A stretch of 55,835 nt of DNA from Promethearchaeota archaeon (lineage in GTDB: Archaea > Asgardarchaeota > Lokiarchaeia > Sigyniarchaeales > SOKP01). The notes under the pieces were generated by a model that did no database searches, was not told the DNA's origin, and saw only the letters and a program-made list of their open reading frames with translations. How positions within the stretch are numbered: the stretch's first letter is position 1; the number at the start of each line of letters is the position of its first letter. The stretch is taken from contig SHMW01000020.1 in NCBI GenBank assembly GCA_008080735.1, positions 1 through 55,835 of the forward strand, written 5' to 3'. This document shows positions 19,606 to 29,815 of this stretch, one piece after another. A program made the translations under genes and the position numbers.

Positions 19606-20580
19606 ATGAATAAAATGCTTGAAAAAATTTTATTAACTGGCGCCTTTGGAAATGTAGGACAAAGAACTCTAAAGGAGCTTCTAACTCATAATTATGAAGT
19701 ATCTTGCTTTGACCTTAAAAATGAAAATAACATAGAAACTCAGGAAGAATTATTGAAAGAGATGGATTTTGAAACCTTCTGGGGAGATTTAACCAATCCA
19801 GAAGATATTAATTATGCGGTTAAAGGAGTTGATTGTATCATCCATCTTGCCGCCATCATTCCTCCCTTAAGTGAGTCTAACCCAGAATTAGCCAAAAATG
19901 TAAATATCGGCGGTACTCGAAACCTTATAGACGCAGCAAAAGCGCTGCCCGAAAAACCTCAATTCATAATGGCAAGTTCTATAAGTGTTTTTGGGCCAAC
20001 TATGCATAAAGAACCACCTGTAACCTTGGATTATCCATTAAATCCTTCCAATACCTATTCAAATACCAAAGTGGAAGCTGAAAAAATTGTGAGGGAGAGC
20101 GGTCTTGATTGGCTAATATTACGGCTCTCGGCTGTATCGGTGGAAGAAATCCAATTAGAGTTCGATCCAATCCTTTACGAGATACCCCTTGAACAACGTA
20201 TCGAATTTGTTGCTTCGAGAGATTGTGCGATAGCATTTGCTAATGCTGTATCTCTCGATGAGAAAGGTAGGATATTCCTTATCGGCGGGGGGGTGGAATC
20301 TCAAGTTCTCCAAAGAGAATATTTGGAAAAATTTTTCGATGCCTTCGGTTTACCAATGCTTCCTGATAAAGCGTTTAAACAACCCAAGGATAAAGACGAT
20401 TGGTATAATATTGATTGGATTGATACTACAGAATCTCAAAATATGCTCAATTATCAAAATGAAACCTTTGATGAATATATCGCGAGAATGAAGAAAAAAT
20501 TCCGTTGGCAAAGATTAGGCATAAAAATAATCTCTCCCTTAGTCAAAAGAACATTAGTGAAAAAGTCGCCCTATACATAA
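19606..20580 (+). CDS. NAD-dependent epimerase/dehydratase (extended SDR)
   Basis: TGAFGNVG, IHLAA, NVNIGGT and YSNTK. Confidence 0.9.
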   Translation: MNKMLEKILLTGAFGNVGQRTLKELLTHNYEVSCFDLKNENNIETQEELLKEMDFETFWGDLTNPEDINYAVKGVDCIIHLAAIIPPLSESNPELAKNVNIGGTRNLIDAAKALPEKPQFIMASSISVFGPTMHKEPPVTLDYPLNPSNTYSNTKVEAEKIVRESGLDWLILRLSAVSVEEIQLEFDPILYEIPLEQRIEFVASRDCAIAFANAVSLDEKGRIFLIGGGVESQVLQREYLEKFFDAFGLPMLPDKAFKQPKDKDDWYNIDWIDTTESQNMLNYQNETFDEYIARMKKKFRWQRLGIKIISPLVKRTLVKKSPYT

Positions 20581-21091
20581 TTCTGGGACAATATTTTTCC
20601 TTTTATTATTCTTTCTTTAAAATTCCTAGTAAGGAAATATCTTATTATTTATTTAGTGAGTTCTGATTTCTGTCTTATCCTTCTCCATGCGTTTTCGGGA
20701 CTTTATTTGAATTCAATTCAGTTCTAATGCAGTCCCTCTATGAGCGAGATATTTTCTTCCATTGATAGGAAATAATATTTATTAAATCACCTTCTTTCTG
20801 ATGGCTCATGGATTTCTTTTTAGAGTTTATATGTTGTTCCCGCTAATCATTATGGAAGTGGAGGATTTGAAAAGGTCTGTCAAATTTTTAACGGTGTTTT
20901 TCTCCCAATTGAAAATATCCCTCATCCTTAAAAAAATAACAATATGGATCTTTCATATTTTTTCATATATATATTTCCAAAACCTTCTTTTGCTAAACTT
21001 TTTTTAGTCACAGTAAAAATTTTTAAATATTGTTCAATCTAATTATTATTGATTATCACTCTTTGACTCACTTTTGATAGTTGAATATACT

Positions 21092-21544
21092 ATGAGAAAA
21101 GATATTGACGATATTGATCGCGATATAATTCGCATCTTGCAAGATAATGCCCGGACGTCCTACAGAGAAATTCAAGATAAATTAGGGATATCGATTGGTA
21201 CGATTCATAATCGAATCGCCAAATTAAAGGACAAAGACATTATCGAAGGTTATACAATCCGCCTAAATAACACCAAATTGGGTTATAAGCTTACTTTTCT
21301 CATACGGATGCAGATAAATGGAAAACATACTGAAGAAATATTGAGCGAAATACGCAATAGACCCGAAGTATGTTCTATCTTTCACACTACAGGGGAGCAA
21401 TCTGCCGCACTTATCTGCAGATTTAAGGAATCTGATGATGTACATAAATTTATACGAGAACTCAACGAGAAAGAATATATCACGCGTACGGTATCAAACA
21501 TGGTTCTGAAAGAATATAAAAATACTGCTTTCGTTCAAATCTAA
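21092..21544 (+). CDS. Lrp/AsnC transcriptional regulator
   Basis: IDDIDRDIIRILQDNARTSYREI...TIHNRIAKL HTH plus C-terminal RAM domain (TTGE). Confidence 0.92.
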   Translation: MRKDIDDIDRDIIRILQDNARTSYREIQDKLGISIGTIHNRIAKLKDKDIIEGYTIRLNNTKLGYKLTFLIRMQINGKHTEEILSEIRNRPEVCSIFHTTGEQSAALICRFKESDDVHKFIRELNEKEYITRTVSNMVLKEYKNTAFVQI

Positions 21545-21647
21545 ACGGAAATGACCTAAAATAATTTTAAGTTCTATTATATATACCTTCAAATCTAAAA
21601 TATCTACAGTATCAATAATTAAATTTTTAATTACATTCTTATGTAAG

Positions 21648-22595
21648 TTGAACTATTCAAACGATAAAATTCTCATTATAGATCTAGGAAGTTATAGCAT
21701 AAAAGCGGGACAAGCATGTAAAAATAAGCCCCAAATCGCTATGAGATCTTTAATTGGAGAATCTAATGAAAGGCATAAAGTCATTTATGGAGAGGATGCC
21801 CTCGAAGAACCATTTACTCCCAAATCCTTAATAGAGTATAAATGGGACATCATTCAGCTAAGGAGGGAAGATATGGTTCCCTTATTCCATACTGTTTTTG
21901 AAGAAAAACTAAAAATTTCCCGAAATGATCTGGGATCTTATTCTCTTATTTTTTTAAATGGTGTATTACAGCCCACAGAACAAATTAAACGTTGGTATGA
22001 GTTATTTTTATATGATTTTAACTTTGAAAAAGTAGCTGTAATTGAAGTTACCGAACCCGTGTTTTTCCACGCGAAAACTGATATTGGCCTCGTGGTAGAT
22101 ATTGGGTTTAAATCAACTCGATTTGTACCGTATTATATGGGTTATAAGATGTCTCACGCAGTTTTGTCAGAACTGCTTGGAGGTAGGGAGGTAGAAAAAT
22201 ATAGGGATATTAAAATTTTGATTGAACCCCATAGATTACACCGGAAGTTAATCCCTCACCCGCTTTCTGAATTGATTATCAAAACAATTGAATACTGTGA
22301 CAAAAATTTACAACAGGATTTATTCTCTAATATTATTCTTACCGGATGGAATGCCGCTAATGTGAATCTGCCAAAAAAATTAAAGAAAGATATAGAAACA
22401 AGAAGACCAAATACACTATTTGATATATTTCCAGCTTCTAATGAATATTTTAATTGGTTTTGTGCCTCTCAAATTACTCAGAAAGCACAAGATGAGACAG
22501 GATTAATTCATTTTGTTTCTCAAAAGGACTTTGAAGGAAATCCAAATATTATTTATCTTCCAAGGATTGTAAAAGATTCATTCCAAAATTTCTAA
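21648..22595 (+). CDS. Divergent, shortened actin-related protein
   Basis: Phosphate-1 IIDLGSYSIKAG, phosphate-2 VVDIGFKST, VPYYMGY, LGGREV, CDKNLQQDLFSNIILTG and FVSQKDFE follow actin order. Confidence 0.85.
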   Translation: MNYSNDKILIIDLGSYSIKAGQACKNKPQIAMRSLIGESNERHKVIYGEDALEEPFTPKSLIEYKWDIIQLRREDMVPLFHTVFEEKLKISRNDLGSYSLIFLNGVLQPTEQIKRWYELFLYDFNFEKVAVIEVTEPVFFHAKTDIGLVVDIGFKSTRFVPYYMGYKMSHAVLSELLGGREVEKYRDIKILIEPHRLHRKLIPHPLSELIIKTIEYCDKNLQQDLFSNIILTGWNAANVNLPKKLKKDIETRRPNTLFDIFPASNEYFNWFCASQITQKAQDETGLIHFVSQKDFEGNPNIIYLPRIVKDSFQNF

Positions 22596-22696
22596 TCTTT
22601 AGTTAATAAGCAAATATTTTTTAAAAGAAGAGATTGATAAATGGATTTTTTTCTAAAAAGCATACTCTTAAACTCATGGTCTCTATTATAGATATT

Positions 22697-23077
22697 ATGG
22701 AAGATATAAAAAAAATTGTTGAAGATTTGGGAAATAATTCGTTGGAAAGCAATATAGGTCTCGCGGGAGTAGCGGTCATCGCCGATTCGAAAGAATTAAT
22801 TTTCCAAACAATCAATTGGGATTTACATAATTTACAAACAGCAATATCAAGTCTGATCGAAGGTGATTCTTCATTTATTCTTAATGATACCAAGTTTAAC
22901 ATTGTTGAGAAAACATCCGAGGGAATTATTGCAGCCAGCCCTGATGGTAGGGGCTATGTTTTGTTTCTCCCCTTCCAAGGAGGTGTGCTCTTGTCATATG
23001 CCATGCCTCAATCTGATCCCAAAGAAGGACTAGAATTTCTTAAAAAATACGCTAAGAAATTGGATGGGAAAGTTTAA
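22697..23077 (+). CDS. Asgard profilin-like protein
   Basis: 126 aa. GVAVIADSKELIFQTINWDL...KFNIVEKTSEGIIAASPDGRGYVLFLPFQGGVLLSY matches the Lokiprofilin pattern as recalled. Confidence 0.78.
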   Translation: MEDIKKIVEDLGNNSLESNIGLAGVAVIADSKELIFQTINWDLHNLQTAISSLIEGDSSFILNDTKFNIVEKTSEGIIAASPDGRGYVLFLPFQGGVLLSYAMPQSDPKEGLEFLKKYAKKLDGKV

Positions 23078-23297
23078 ATTTACCGACCAGATGATATCGG
23101 CTATAATGTAAAGGATAAATCTCTAATCAAACCAAATTTCAAAAATCTGATTCTCTTGCTACATCTAATGATAAGAAAAAGATTAGTCTTCAAGATTTAT
23201 ATAAAAATGATCTCCATATCAAAAAATTTTTTATAAGCCTAGAATTATAATTCAATATTACAGTAAACTTAACAAAATTTCAAAAAAGTGATACAAT

Positions 23298-24890
23298 ATG
23301 TCAAATGTTCCAATAATCGTTCTTAGAGAAGGAACTGAAACGAAGAGAGATAGGGAAGCGCGTACACAGAATATTCGAGCGATGATGGCGATTACCGAAG
23401 CCGTAAAGAGCACCATGGGCCCAAAAGGCATGGATAAAATGCTGGTGGACTCCTTAGGTGATGTGACCATAACTAATGACGGCGCGGAAATCCTTGACCA
23501 ATTAGACATCGAGAATGTAGCCGCCATCATGATGGTAAATCTAGCGAAATCTGTCGATAAGGAAGTGGGCGATGGTACCACCTCTGCCGTCATTTTCTGC
23601 GCAAAACTATTAGAAAATGCGCTTGAACTCATTGAGCAAGATATTCATCCTAAACCGATTACACAAGGATATAAATTAGCCGCAGACAAGTCCGTAGAGA
23701 TTTTAAACGAAATCAAAGAGACTATTTCTCCTGATGATGAGAAAGTACTCTTAGGGGCGGCAGTTACTTCAATGAATTCCAAGGATATTGCAGCCGTGAA
23801 GGAGTATTTCGCGAAACTCGCTTTAAAAGCCGTTCGCAGCGTAGCTGAACGAAATGCTGAAGGTCCTTTATTTGATCAGATTGATAACATTAAAATCATA
23901 AAAGCACCCGGCAAATCTCTAAAAGATTCTGAATTAATCGATGGGGTATACATTGATAAGGACAAAGTTAGCTCAAACATGCCTGATAGCTTAACAGATG
24001 TGAAGATTGCGGTTATCCGAAAGAAATTGGAAATCCATAAAGGAGAATACGACTCACAGATCCAAATTAAAAACCCCGAAGATATCCAAAAATTCTTAGA
24101 TCAAGAAAAGAAAACCCTGCAAGGTTATTTAGAATACTTTAAAGCACTAGATGTCAATATGGTGGTAAACTCCCAATCAATCTCAGACAAGTTTGGCGCT
24201 ATGCTCGGAAGAGAGGGGATTGCTGCCATTAAAAGTTTAGGCGACAAAGACGTTGAAGCAGTTTTGAATGCGACCGGAGCTACTATGATTGACGACTTGA
24301 AAGATCTAACCGCAGAAAGCCTCGGATATGCCAAAAAGGTTAAATTTGAAAAAATCGGAGATTCTGATTATACGTTATTCTCTGGATGTGAAAATCCACG
24401 ATCTGTCGCGATTCTTTTAAAAGGTGGTCTTGAAAAGATTTTAAATACCGCAGAGATCGCATTACATGATGTAATCAGCATCCTAGCGAAGATTATCGAT
24501 ACGAAAACTGTGATCGCTGGCGGTGGGGCGGGATGGCTTGAGATTGCCAAGCACTTACGTGCATACGCGAACGAGATCGGCGGAAAAGAACAGCTTGCAG
24601 TTCAAGCGTTTGCTACAGCTTTAGAAGAAATCCCACGAACACTCATTCGCAACGCGGGATTAGACGAAATCGAGCGTATGACCGAGCTTCGTGCAGCCCA
24701 TAAAGCTCCGGAAGATAAATGGGTGGGTATAGATACAATTACAGATACTATCCAGAACAATTATGAACACGGAATCGTAGAACCCTCCGTACTTATCAAG
24801 CATATCGTTGAATCAGGAAGTGAATTAGCTCGATTGATCCTCAGAGTCGATAGAATCATCAACGCAAAAGGATCAAAAGAATCCGATTAA
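23298..24890 (+). CDS. Group II chaperonin (thermosome/CCT-like subunit)
   Basis: STMGPKGMDKM, TITNDGA, GDGTTSA, AGGGAG and LILRVDRII. Confidence 0.95.
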   Translation: MSNVPIIVLREGTETKRDREARTQNIRAMMAITEAVKSTMGPKGMDKMLVDSLGDVTITNDGAEILDQLDIENVAAIMMVNLAKSVDKEVGDGTTSAVIFCAKLLENALELIEQDIHPKPITQGYKLAADKSVEILNEIKETISPDDEKVLLGAAVTSMNSKDIAAVKEYFAKLALKAVRSVAERNAEGPLFDQIDNIKIIKAPGKSLKDSELIDGVYIDKDKVSSNMPDSLTDVKIAVIRKKLEIHKGEYDSQIQIKNPEDIQKFLDQEKKTLQGYLEYFKALDVNMVVNSQSISDKFGAMLGREGIAAIKSLGDKDVEAVLNATGATMIDDLKDLTAESLGYAKKVKFEKIGDSDYTLFSGCENPRSVAILLKGGLEKILNTAEIALHDVISILAKIIDTKTVIAGGGAGWLEIAKHLRAYANEIGGKEQLAVQAFATALEEIPRTLIRNAGLDEIERMTELRAAHKAPEDKWVGIDTITDTIQNNYEHGIVEPSVLIKHIVESGSELARLILRVDRIINAKGSKESD

Positions 24891-24925
24891 TTCTTTATTT
24901 TTTTTGTTTTTTATTTTTATTATCT
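24891..24925 (+). terminator. Archaeal oligo-T terminator tract
   Basis: Long T-rich run directly after the chaperonin stop codon. Confidence 0.5.
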
Positions 24926-25001
24926 TACATTTATTGATTGAACTTCTTTTTAAGAGCTCTCAATTATATATTTTTATTAAGACCATTCTCAAAAGATCTT
25001 A

Positions 25002-25859
25002 TTGATGAGTCATAAATATATAGAATTTATAAATTCTAAGCCTAATGACCTTGAAAAATTGTTAAAGGAAAAACCAATAGCGTATGTTCCATTTGGAGCG
25101 TTAGAGTGGCACGGAGAACATAATGTATTGGGAGTCGACAGCATAAAAGCTTCATACATTTGCAAAAAGAGCATAGAAATCACAGGAGGGGTTCTCTTTC
25201 CGTGCGTAAATTATGGCGCATTTGATACTTTGAGATTCCCATTTACATTTCACTTCAAAAAACAGCGGCTGAAAAAAATAACCAAAAAGGTGGCTAAGCA
25301 ATTATGCGAGATGGGTTTTAAGATAATCATCTTTCTAACGGGGCATTACCCTTCATCTCAAATAAAATCCGTAAAGAGAGCAACTCAAAATATCTCGAAA
25401 AAATATCAAGGTTGTTTCGCTTTAGGGATCCCTGAATATTACTTGGTGCCAGATTTAGATTATTTTGGTGACCACGCCGCCGAATGGGAAACCTCCATCA
25501 TGCTCGCGATTGATGAGAACTTAGTGGACTTAGATAATTTACCAAATGATCTCTCCTTCCCGGAACGCGCGAAAAGGCACGGAATTTTAGGAAAAGATCC
25601 CAACAACTACGCATCCAAGGAGAAGGGTGAAAAAATTCTTACCCAGATCGTTCTGAGATTGACTGATGCGGTTCTGGAAGTACAGAAAAAAGAATCTATG
25701 CAGCCATTTAATGATATTTATTCGAATTTTGAAAGAATCAAAAGGCAACACAGATCCATAGAAGAGATTTTTAGGATATATGGAGTTAAAAATAAAACGC
25801 AAGGAATTAAATATCTAAAATGGGTGATTTTTGGCAGGAAAAAACACAATCCAGAATAA
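25002..25859 (+). CDS. Creatininase-family amidohydrolase
   Basis: GALEWHGEH...GVDS, TGHY and DHAAEWETS. Confidence 0.9.
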   Translation: MMSHKYIEFINSKPNDLEKLLKEKPIAYVPFGALEWHGEHNVLGVDSIKASYICKKSIEITGGVLFPCVNYGAFDTLRFPFTFHFKKQRLKKITKKVAKQLCEMGFKIIIFLTGHYPSSQIKSVKRATQNISKKYQGCFALGIPEYYLVPDLDYFGDHAAEWETSIMLAIDENLVDLDNLPNDLSFPERAKRHGILGKDPNNYASKEKGEKILTQIVLRLTDAVLEVQKKESMQPFNDIYSNFERIKRQHRSIEEIFRIYGVKNKTQGIKYLKWVIFGRKKHNPE

Positions 25860-25861
25860 GT

Positions 25862-26485
25862 TTAAGAGGAAAACCGATTAAAAAAAGGGTTATTTCTTTC
25901 TTGGGGATTCTGTTTCTTAGTTAATCCTTCTAATACAAATTCTATCAGATAATTCATAATTTGCGGAAAGTATTGTATTCCCACTTCTTCTTTATGGGTT
26001 TCCATAACGATTATGGAAGTGAAAATTGCCATAATCATTTCCGCTTCAATATCGGCTCTCATTTTCCCTTCCGCTTGCCATTTCTTGACAATCTTTATAA
26101 AATATGCATAAAGAAAGTCCATCTTTTCTAAATTCTTCTCATCACGATACTGTTGCTCTATCTTCGCAAAGATTTCTTTATTATACCATTCCCTAAGTAT
26201 CGGGTTTTCTTTCATACCTTCATAGTTTCGATACATCAATTCTTCAATAACCAACTTCGGATCCGCATCGAGGTTTATATTTTTAATGATTCCTTCTTTT
26301 AGTTTCTTGTTTTCTTCAAGGAAAATTTCCATAAATAATACGCTCTTTGAATCATAGTAAATATAAAACGTTCCCGCTGCCATTCCCGCCATCTCCGTTA
26401 TTTCAGACACTTTGGTATCCTTAAAACCTTTGGAACTAAAGAGTTCTTTGCCGCATTTCCATAAAGCATTCTTTTTATCATCCAT
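25862..26485 (-). CDS. TetR/AcrR transcriptional regulator
   Basis: ELFSSKGFKDTKVSEITEMAGMAAGTFYIYYDSK HTH. Confidence 0.92.
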   Translation of the reverse strand: MDDKKNALWKCGKELFSSKGFKDTKVSEITEMAGMAAGTFYIYYDSKSVLFMEIFLEENKKLKEGIIKNINLDADPKLVIEELMYRNYEGMKENPILREWYNKEIFAKIEQQYRDEKNLEKMDFLYAYFIKIVKKWQAEGKMRADIEAEMIMAIFTSIIVMETHKEEVGIQYFPQIMNYLIEFVLEGLTKKQNPQERNNPFFNRFSS

Positions 26486-26524
26486 CCTATGGTCACTAAC
26501 CTAATGTTTCCTACTTATATTTTT

Positions 26525-27304
26525 TTATTGATTCTGAGCTATGTGTTTTCCTAAAAAATCTCCGAAAGCACCTAAGAATTTCTTCAATAAACCTATATCC
26601 GTCTCATAATAATAATCTGATTCAAACCATCCGTTTTCTTTATAGTACTGATAATCTCGGAATTCGGGTGCCAAAACTTCTACAAGGTTTCTCGAAACTC
26701 GAAACATAAACAATCTCCCTGAACTGGGAGATGGATTCGAATCAGCTTTCAACTTTTTATAGAACCGATTCGCGGCCTTTCTAATTTCTTTTTCCAATTT
26801 TTTTTCTTGTTTTTCGGTCATCGGATCCAGCGTTTTTAGACAAGCTCCTTTAACTACTTTAAATCCAAAGTGTTTACCCATGGATTCTAAATATTTTCGT
26901 ATTTTTTTCCCTCCCAGAAATCCCTGGACCACTAGCGCTGTAAAGGTCTTTCCAAAAAAGTATGGTCGGTGGTAAAGATATGAAAATCTATCAAGAAAGT
27001 TTTTCATCCGAGCAGACACTTGGAATGAATAATTGGGGGATGCAAAAATTACCCCATCCGCTTGGTCCATTTTTTCAAAGAGAAGATCCCGATCGTCCTT
27101 TAGGGGGCAATACTCCTCTCCCTTGTTAAAGCAAGTAAGGCATCCATTACAGAATTGAAGATAATATTTACTCAGAAATATATATTCAAAATCAACTTCC
27201 TCAAGAGTTTTCAAAGTCTTTTCAAACTCCTGCACCGCTCGATATGTAGCCTTCTTCCGCGCACTTCCTAAAATTGCGATTACTTTTTTCATTTTTTTCA
27301 TCAC
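26525..27304 (-). CDS. Flavodoxin-like iron-sulfur flavoprotein / NADPH-dependent FMN reductase
   Basis: ILGSARK, CNGCLTC...C and ASPNYSFQVSARMKNFLDR. Confidence 0.88.
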   Translation of the reverse strand: MMKKMKKVIAILGSARKKATYRAVQEFEKTLKTLEEVDFEYIFLSKYYLQFCNGCLTCFNKGEEYCPLKDDRDLLFEKMDQADGVIFASPNYSFQVSARMKNFLDRFSYLYHRPYFFGKTFTALVVQGFLGGKKIRKYLESMGKHFGFKVVKGACLKTLDPMTEKQEKKLEKEIRKAANRFYKKLKADSNPSPSSGRLFMFRVSRNLVEVLAPEFRDYQYYKENGWFESDYYYETDIGLLKKFLGAFGDFLGKHIAQNQ

Positions 27305-27336
27305 ACTTTTCTAGTTGTTATAATCAATAAATGTAA

Positions 27337-27362
27337 TGAATGAATATAAATCTATTCATTCA
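27337..27362. promoter_or_regulatory. Perfect 10-bp inverted repeat, putative TetR operator
   Basis: TGAATGAATA-taaatc-TATTCATTCA, about 30 bp upstream of the flavoprotein-TetR operon. Confidence 0.7.
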
Positions 27363-27465
27363 CCAGATATCTAATTCTAAAATCGATTGGGAAAAAACCA
27401 CTTATCGCAATGAGTAAGCTAATTGATAAAAATAAGGAAAAAATTTAGTATTTTTAAATAATATA

Positions 27466-28248
27466 TCATTTTTGGGCGGTGAAAAGGACAAATCCTCCTT
27501 TTTCCTCGACATTCATCAAGGTGAGATTACTCTCCTTTAGCAAATATTCCCAATATTTAGATGGTTTAAACACAAAACAAAAAATTCCCATATATCCAAT
27601 TAATTGAGCAGACCGACTATTCCACTCCCCAATATAAACAGTCCCCGAAGGTTTTAATACTCGATAGATCTCTTTTATTGCTTTTTTTTGATCTTCTCTG
27701 TCATGAATTTCATGTAATACAGAGGATACATTTACAATATCGAAGGATTCATCCTCAAAGGGAATCTCAGTGGCGGTTCCATATTGAAAAGTGGTTTTTT
27801 CTGCGACACCTTCAAGCTGGGCATTTTTTCTTACTCTCTCCAAATCATTTCCACTGATTGCCATCTTATTGTATATATCTATTCCATAAAGATGTCCACC
27901 ATTTTCAAGCGCTTTAACAATCTTCATCGCTGTTCGCCCTGTCCCACATCCAATATCTAATATTATAGGTATTTCCAATCGCTTCATCTCATCAAATGAA
28001 TCTGTAATATCATCATCCTTCCAATCAAGTATGATATTCATTACCGCCATACCCAATCCAGGCCACAAAAATAGGACAATGATGAAAATACCCGCAAATA
28101 TAAAAAATAATTGGAGTAAATCCGTCAAAAAAATTCCTAGGCTAACAAAAATTATACCTATAAACCCAATTATAGAAAATGCAACAATCAAATCCTTTAC
28201 AAACCATCCATATTCGGGTTTTTCATTATTCTTTGAAATATTATGCAC
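27466..28248 (-). CDS. Membrane-anchored class I SAM-dependent methyltransferase
   Basis: Two N-terminal TM segments; ILDIGCGTG, PFEDESFD and EIYRVLKPSG. Confidence 0.9.
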   Translation of the reverse strand: MHNISKNNEKPEYGWFVKDLIVAFSIIGFIGIIFVSLGIFLTDLLQLFFIFAGIFIIVLFLWPGLGMAVMNIILDWKDDDITDSFDEMKRLEIPIILDIGCGTGRTAMKIVKALENGGHLYGIDIYNKMAISGNDLERVRKNAQLEGVAEKTTFQYGTATEIPFEDESFDIVNVSSVLHEIHDREDQKKAIKEIYRVLKPSGTVYIGEWNSRSAQLIGYMGIFCFVFKPSKYWEYLLKESNLTLMNVEEKGGFVLFTAQK

Positions 28249-28266
28249 CTCAAAATTTCAATTTTA

Positions 28267-28326
28267 TGTGACTATAACAGATCAACATATATAAAGTCTT
28301 CTATGTCGACAACAGATCGACACATA
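28267..28326. promoter_or_regulatory. Paired palindromic sites in the divergent promoter (putative TrmB-family operator)
   Basis: TGTCGA-N7-TCGACA at 28304-28322 and a degenerate copy upstream; both contain AACAGATC. Confidence 0.5.
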
Positions 28327-28363
28327 ATCTTAAATATACTCTAACATTTTAAAGCTATAAGGA

Positions 28364-29302
28364 ATGAAAACTGAAAAGGAACAAGAGTTCATTCAAGCTT
28401 TCCAAGAGACAGGATTGAATGAAAGCGAGTCAAAGGTGTATTATCGTCTCATAAAGGAAGGATCCAAGGGAGCTATTGTTAAAGACCTTAATAAAGAATT
28501 TCCCGATTTAGCAAGGACTACGATTTATTCAATCATTCGAAAACTTGAGGAATATGGTTATGTTGAAGAGGCAGGTGTCTCTTCTCGTTCTAAAGGAGCG
28601 ACTTTATTTGCAGCAATTAATCCAGTCAAGTTTTTTCGTAAAATAATTTCGAAAAAAGAGGAAGAACTGGAAAAACTAAACGAATTAAGTATGCTCTATT
28701 CAGATAGGCTTGAGTATATTTATAATGAAGGTATCTCGTATTCTTTAAAAGATACAGATCCTCGTCTCTATCCATATATAGCACCGCTCTTGAAAAAAAA
28801 ATGGAAATTAACATCCTACATCGAAGAGAAAAAAACTTCCACGATAAATTATGATTTTTTTGAGCTTACTCTCCAATCACCATTACAAAATTTCTATGGT
28901 GATGTGGGGCTCCTTCTCTTTCTATTTGAATATAATGTAGAAAAGGATGAGGTGACGCTTAACTTTTTTAGAAACATGATCCAACGAAAAGCTAAAGAGG
29001 AATTAATATATAAAATTGATATAACTGGAATTGATTCAGTGCCAATAGAAATAGAGTTATTAGAACGTAAGTTTCAAGGATACGAGCTTAAAGCAAAATT
29101 AGAAGAATTAGCAAAGTCAGATATATTTGCTGATAAACTTAAATATATGATGAAAAACCCTCAACTGGAGAATAAGGGTAGTCTTACTCTTGGTTTATCA
29201 CTAATGATCCCAATTGAAAGGAAGATATTTGTTCTTTGGGGAGAATCCAAGGAAAGGTTTAAAGAAATAATTAAAATAATCTTGGAAAGAGAAAAAAAAT
29301 AG
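28364..29302 (+). CDS. TrmB-family transcriptional regulator
   Basis: GLNESESKVYYRLI...ARTTIYSIIRKLEEYGYV...FAAINP. Confidence 0.85.
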   Translation: MKTEKEQEFIQAFQETGLNESESKVYYRLIKEGSKGAIVKDLNKEFPDLARTTIYSIIRKLEEYGYVEEAGVSSRSKGATLFAAINPVKFFRKIISKKEEELEKLNELSMLYSDRLEYIYNEGISYSLKDTDPRLYPYIAPLLKKKWKLTSYIEEKKTSTINYDFFELTLQSPLQNFYGDVGLLLFLFEYNVEKDEVTLNFFRNMIQRKAKEELIYKIDITGIDSVPIEIELLERKFQGYELKAKLEELAKSDIFADKLKYMMKNPQLENKGSLTLGLSLMIPIERKIFVLWGESKERFKEIIKIILEREKK

Positions 29303-29370
29303 CATATCTACCGTAATACTTGCTTATTATGAAATAAGGTTTAAGATTAGGAACCTTACATACAAATTAG

Positions 29371-29718
29371 CTAATCCATAACCAGATTCTAACTTCTGTT
29401 TTACATAAAAAGTATTTTCTGAAACGAATAACATATTTTAAAAAATCGACGATTATTGATTTTCTAAGGGGAGCAGATGCATTCTTAAGGACATACGTTA
29501 AAAAGGAATCAAAATTGGATCAGTTTTCTGGAAAAATTATTCTTTTAGCTACTATAGGCGATGAAGATGCATTTTCGGCATTTCCCAAATGTAAAGCAAT
29601 GTTCCCCAAGGCAATTTCCCACGTATTTATAGACTCTGGGGGACATCACTACATCTTTTTGCTTCCGGAGATGTATACAAAAACATTAACTTCTTTATTA
29701 TCTAATACAGACACTTGA
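29371..29718 (+). pseudogene. C-terminal fragment of an alpha/beta hydrolase
   Basis: ILLATIGDED...FIDSGGHHYIFLLPEMY resembles the Asp/His end of the fold. Frame open from 29371 after a stop; no N-terminal half. Confidence 0.45.
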
Positions 29719-29815
29719 ATGATATATTTAGAATATTGATAAATTTCTCTATGGCAAATATTTTTTCCTAATGCAAATCTAACTAAAATAAGAAATTAGC
29801 TATAGGAGAAAAAAA

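Noticed and set aside
20650-21007. Short ORFs between the SDR and Lrp genes
   Set aside because: The + strand 68-aa ORF looks like AT-rich noise, and the - strand coding-like stretches have multiple stops and no recognisable family.
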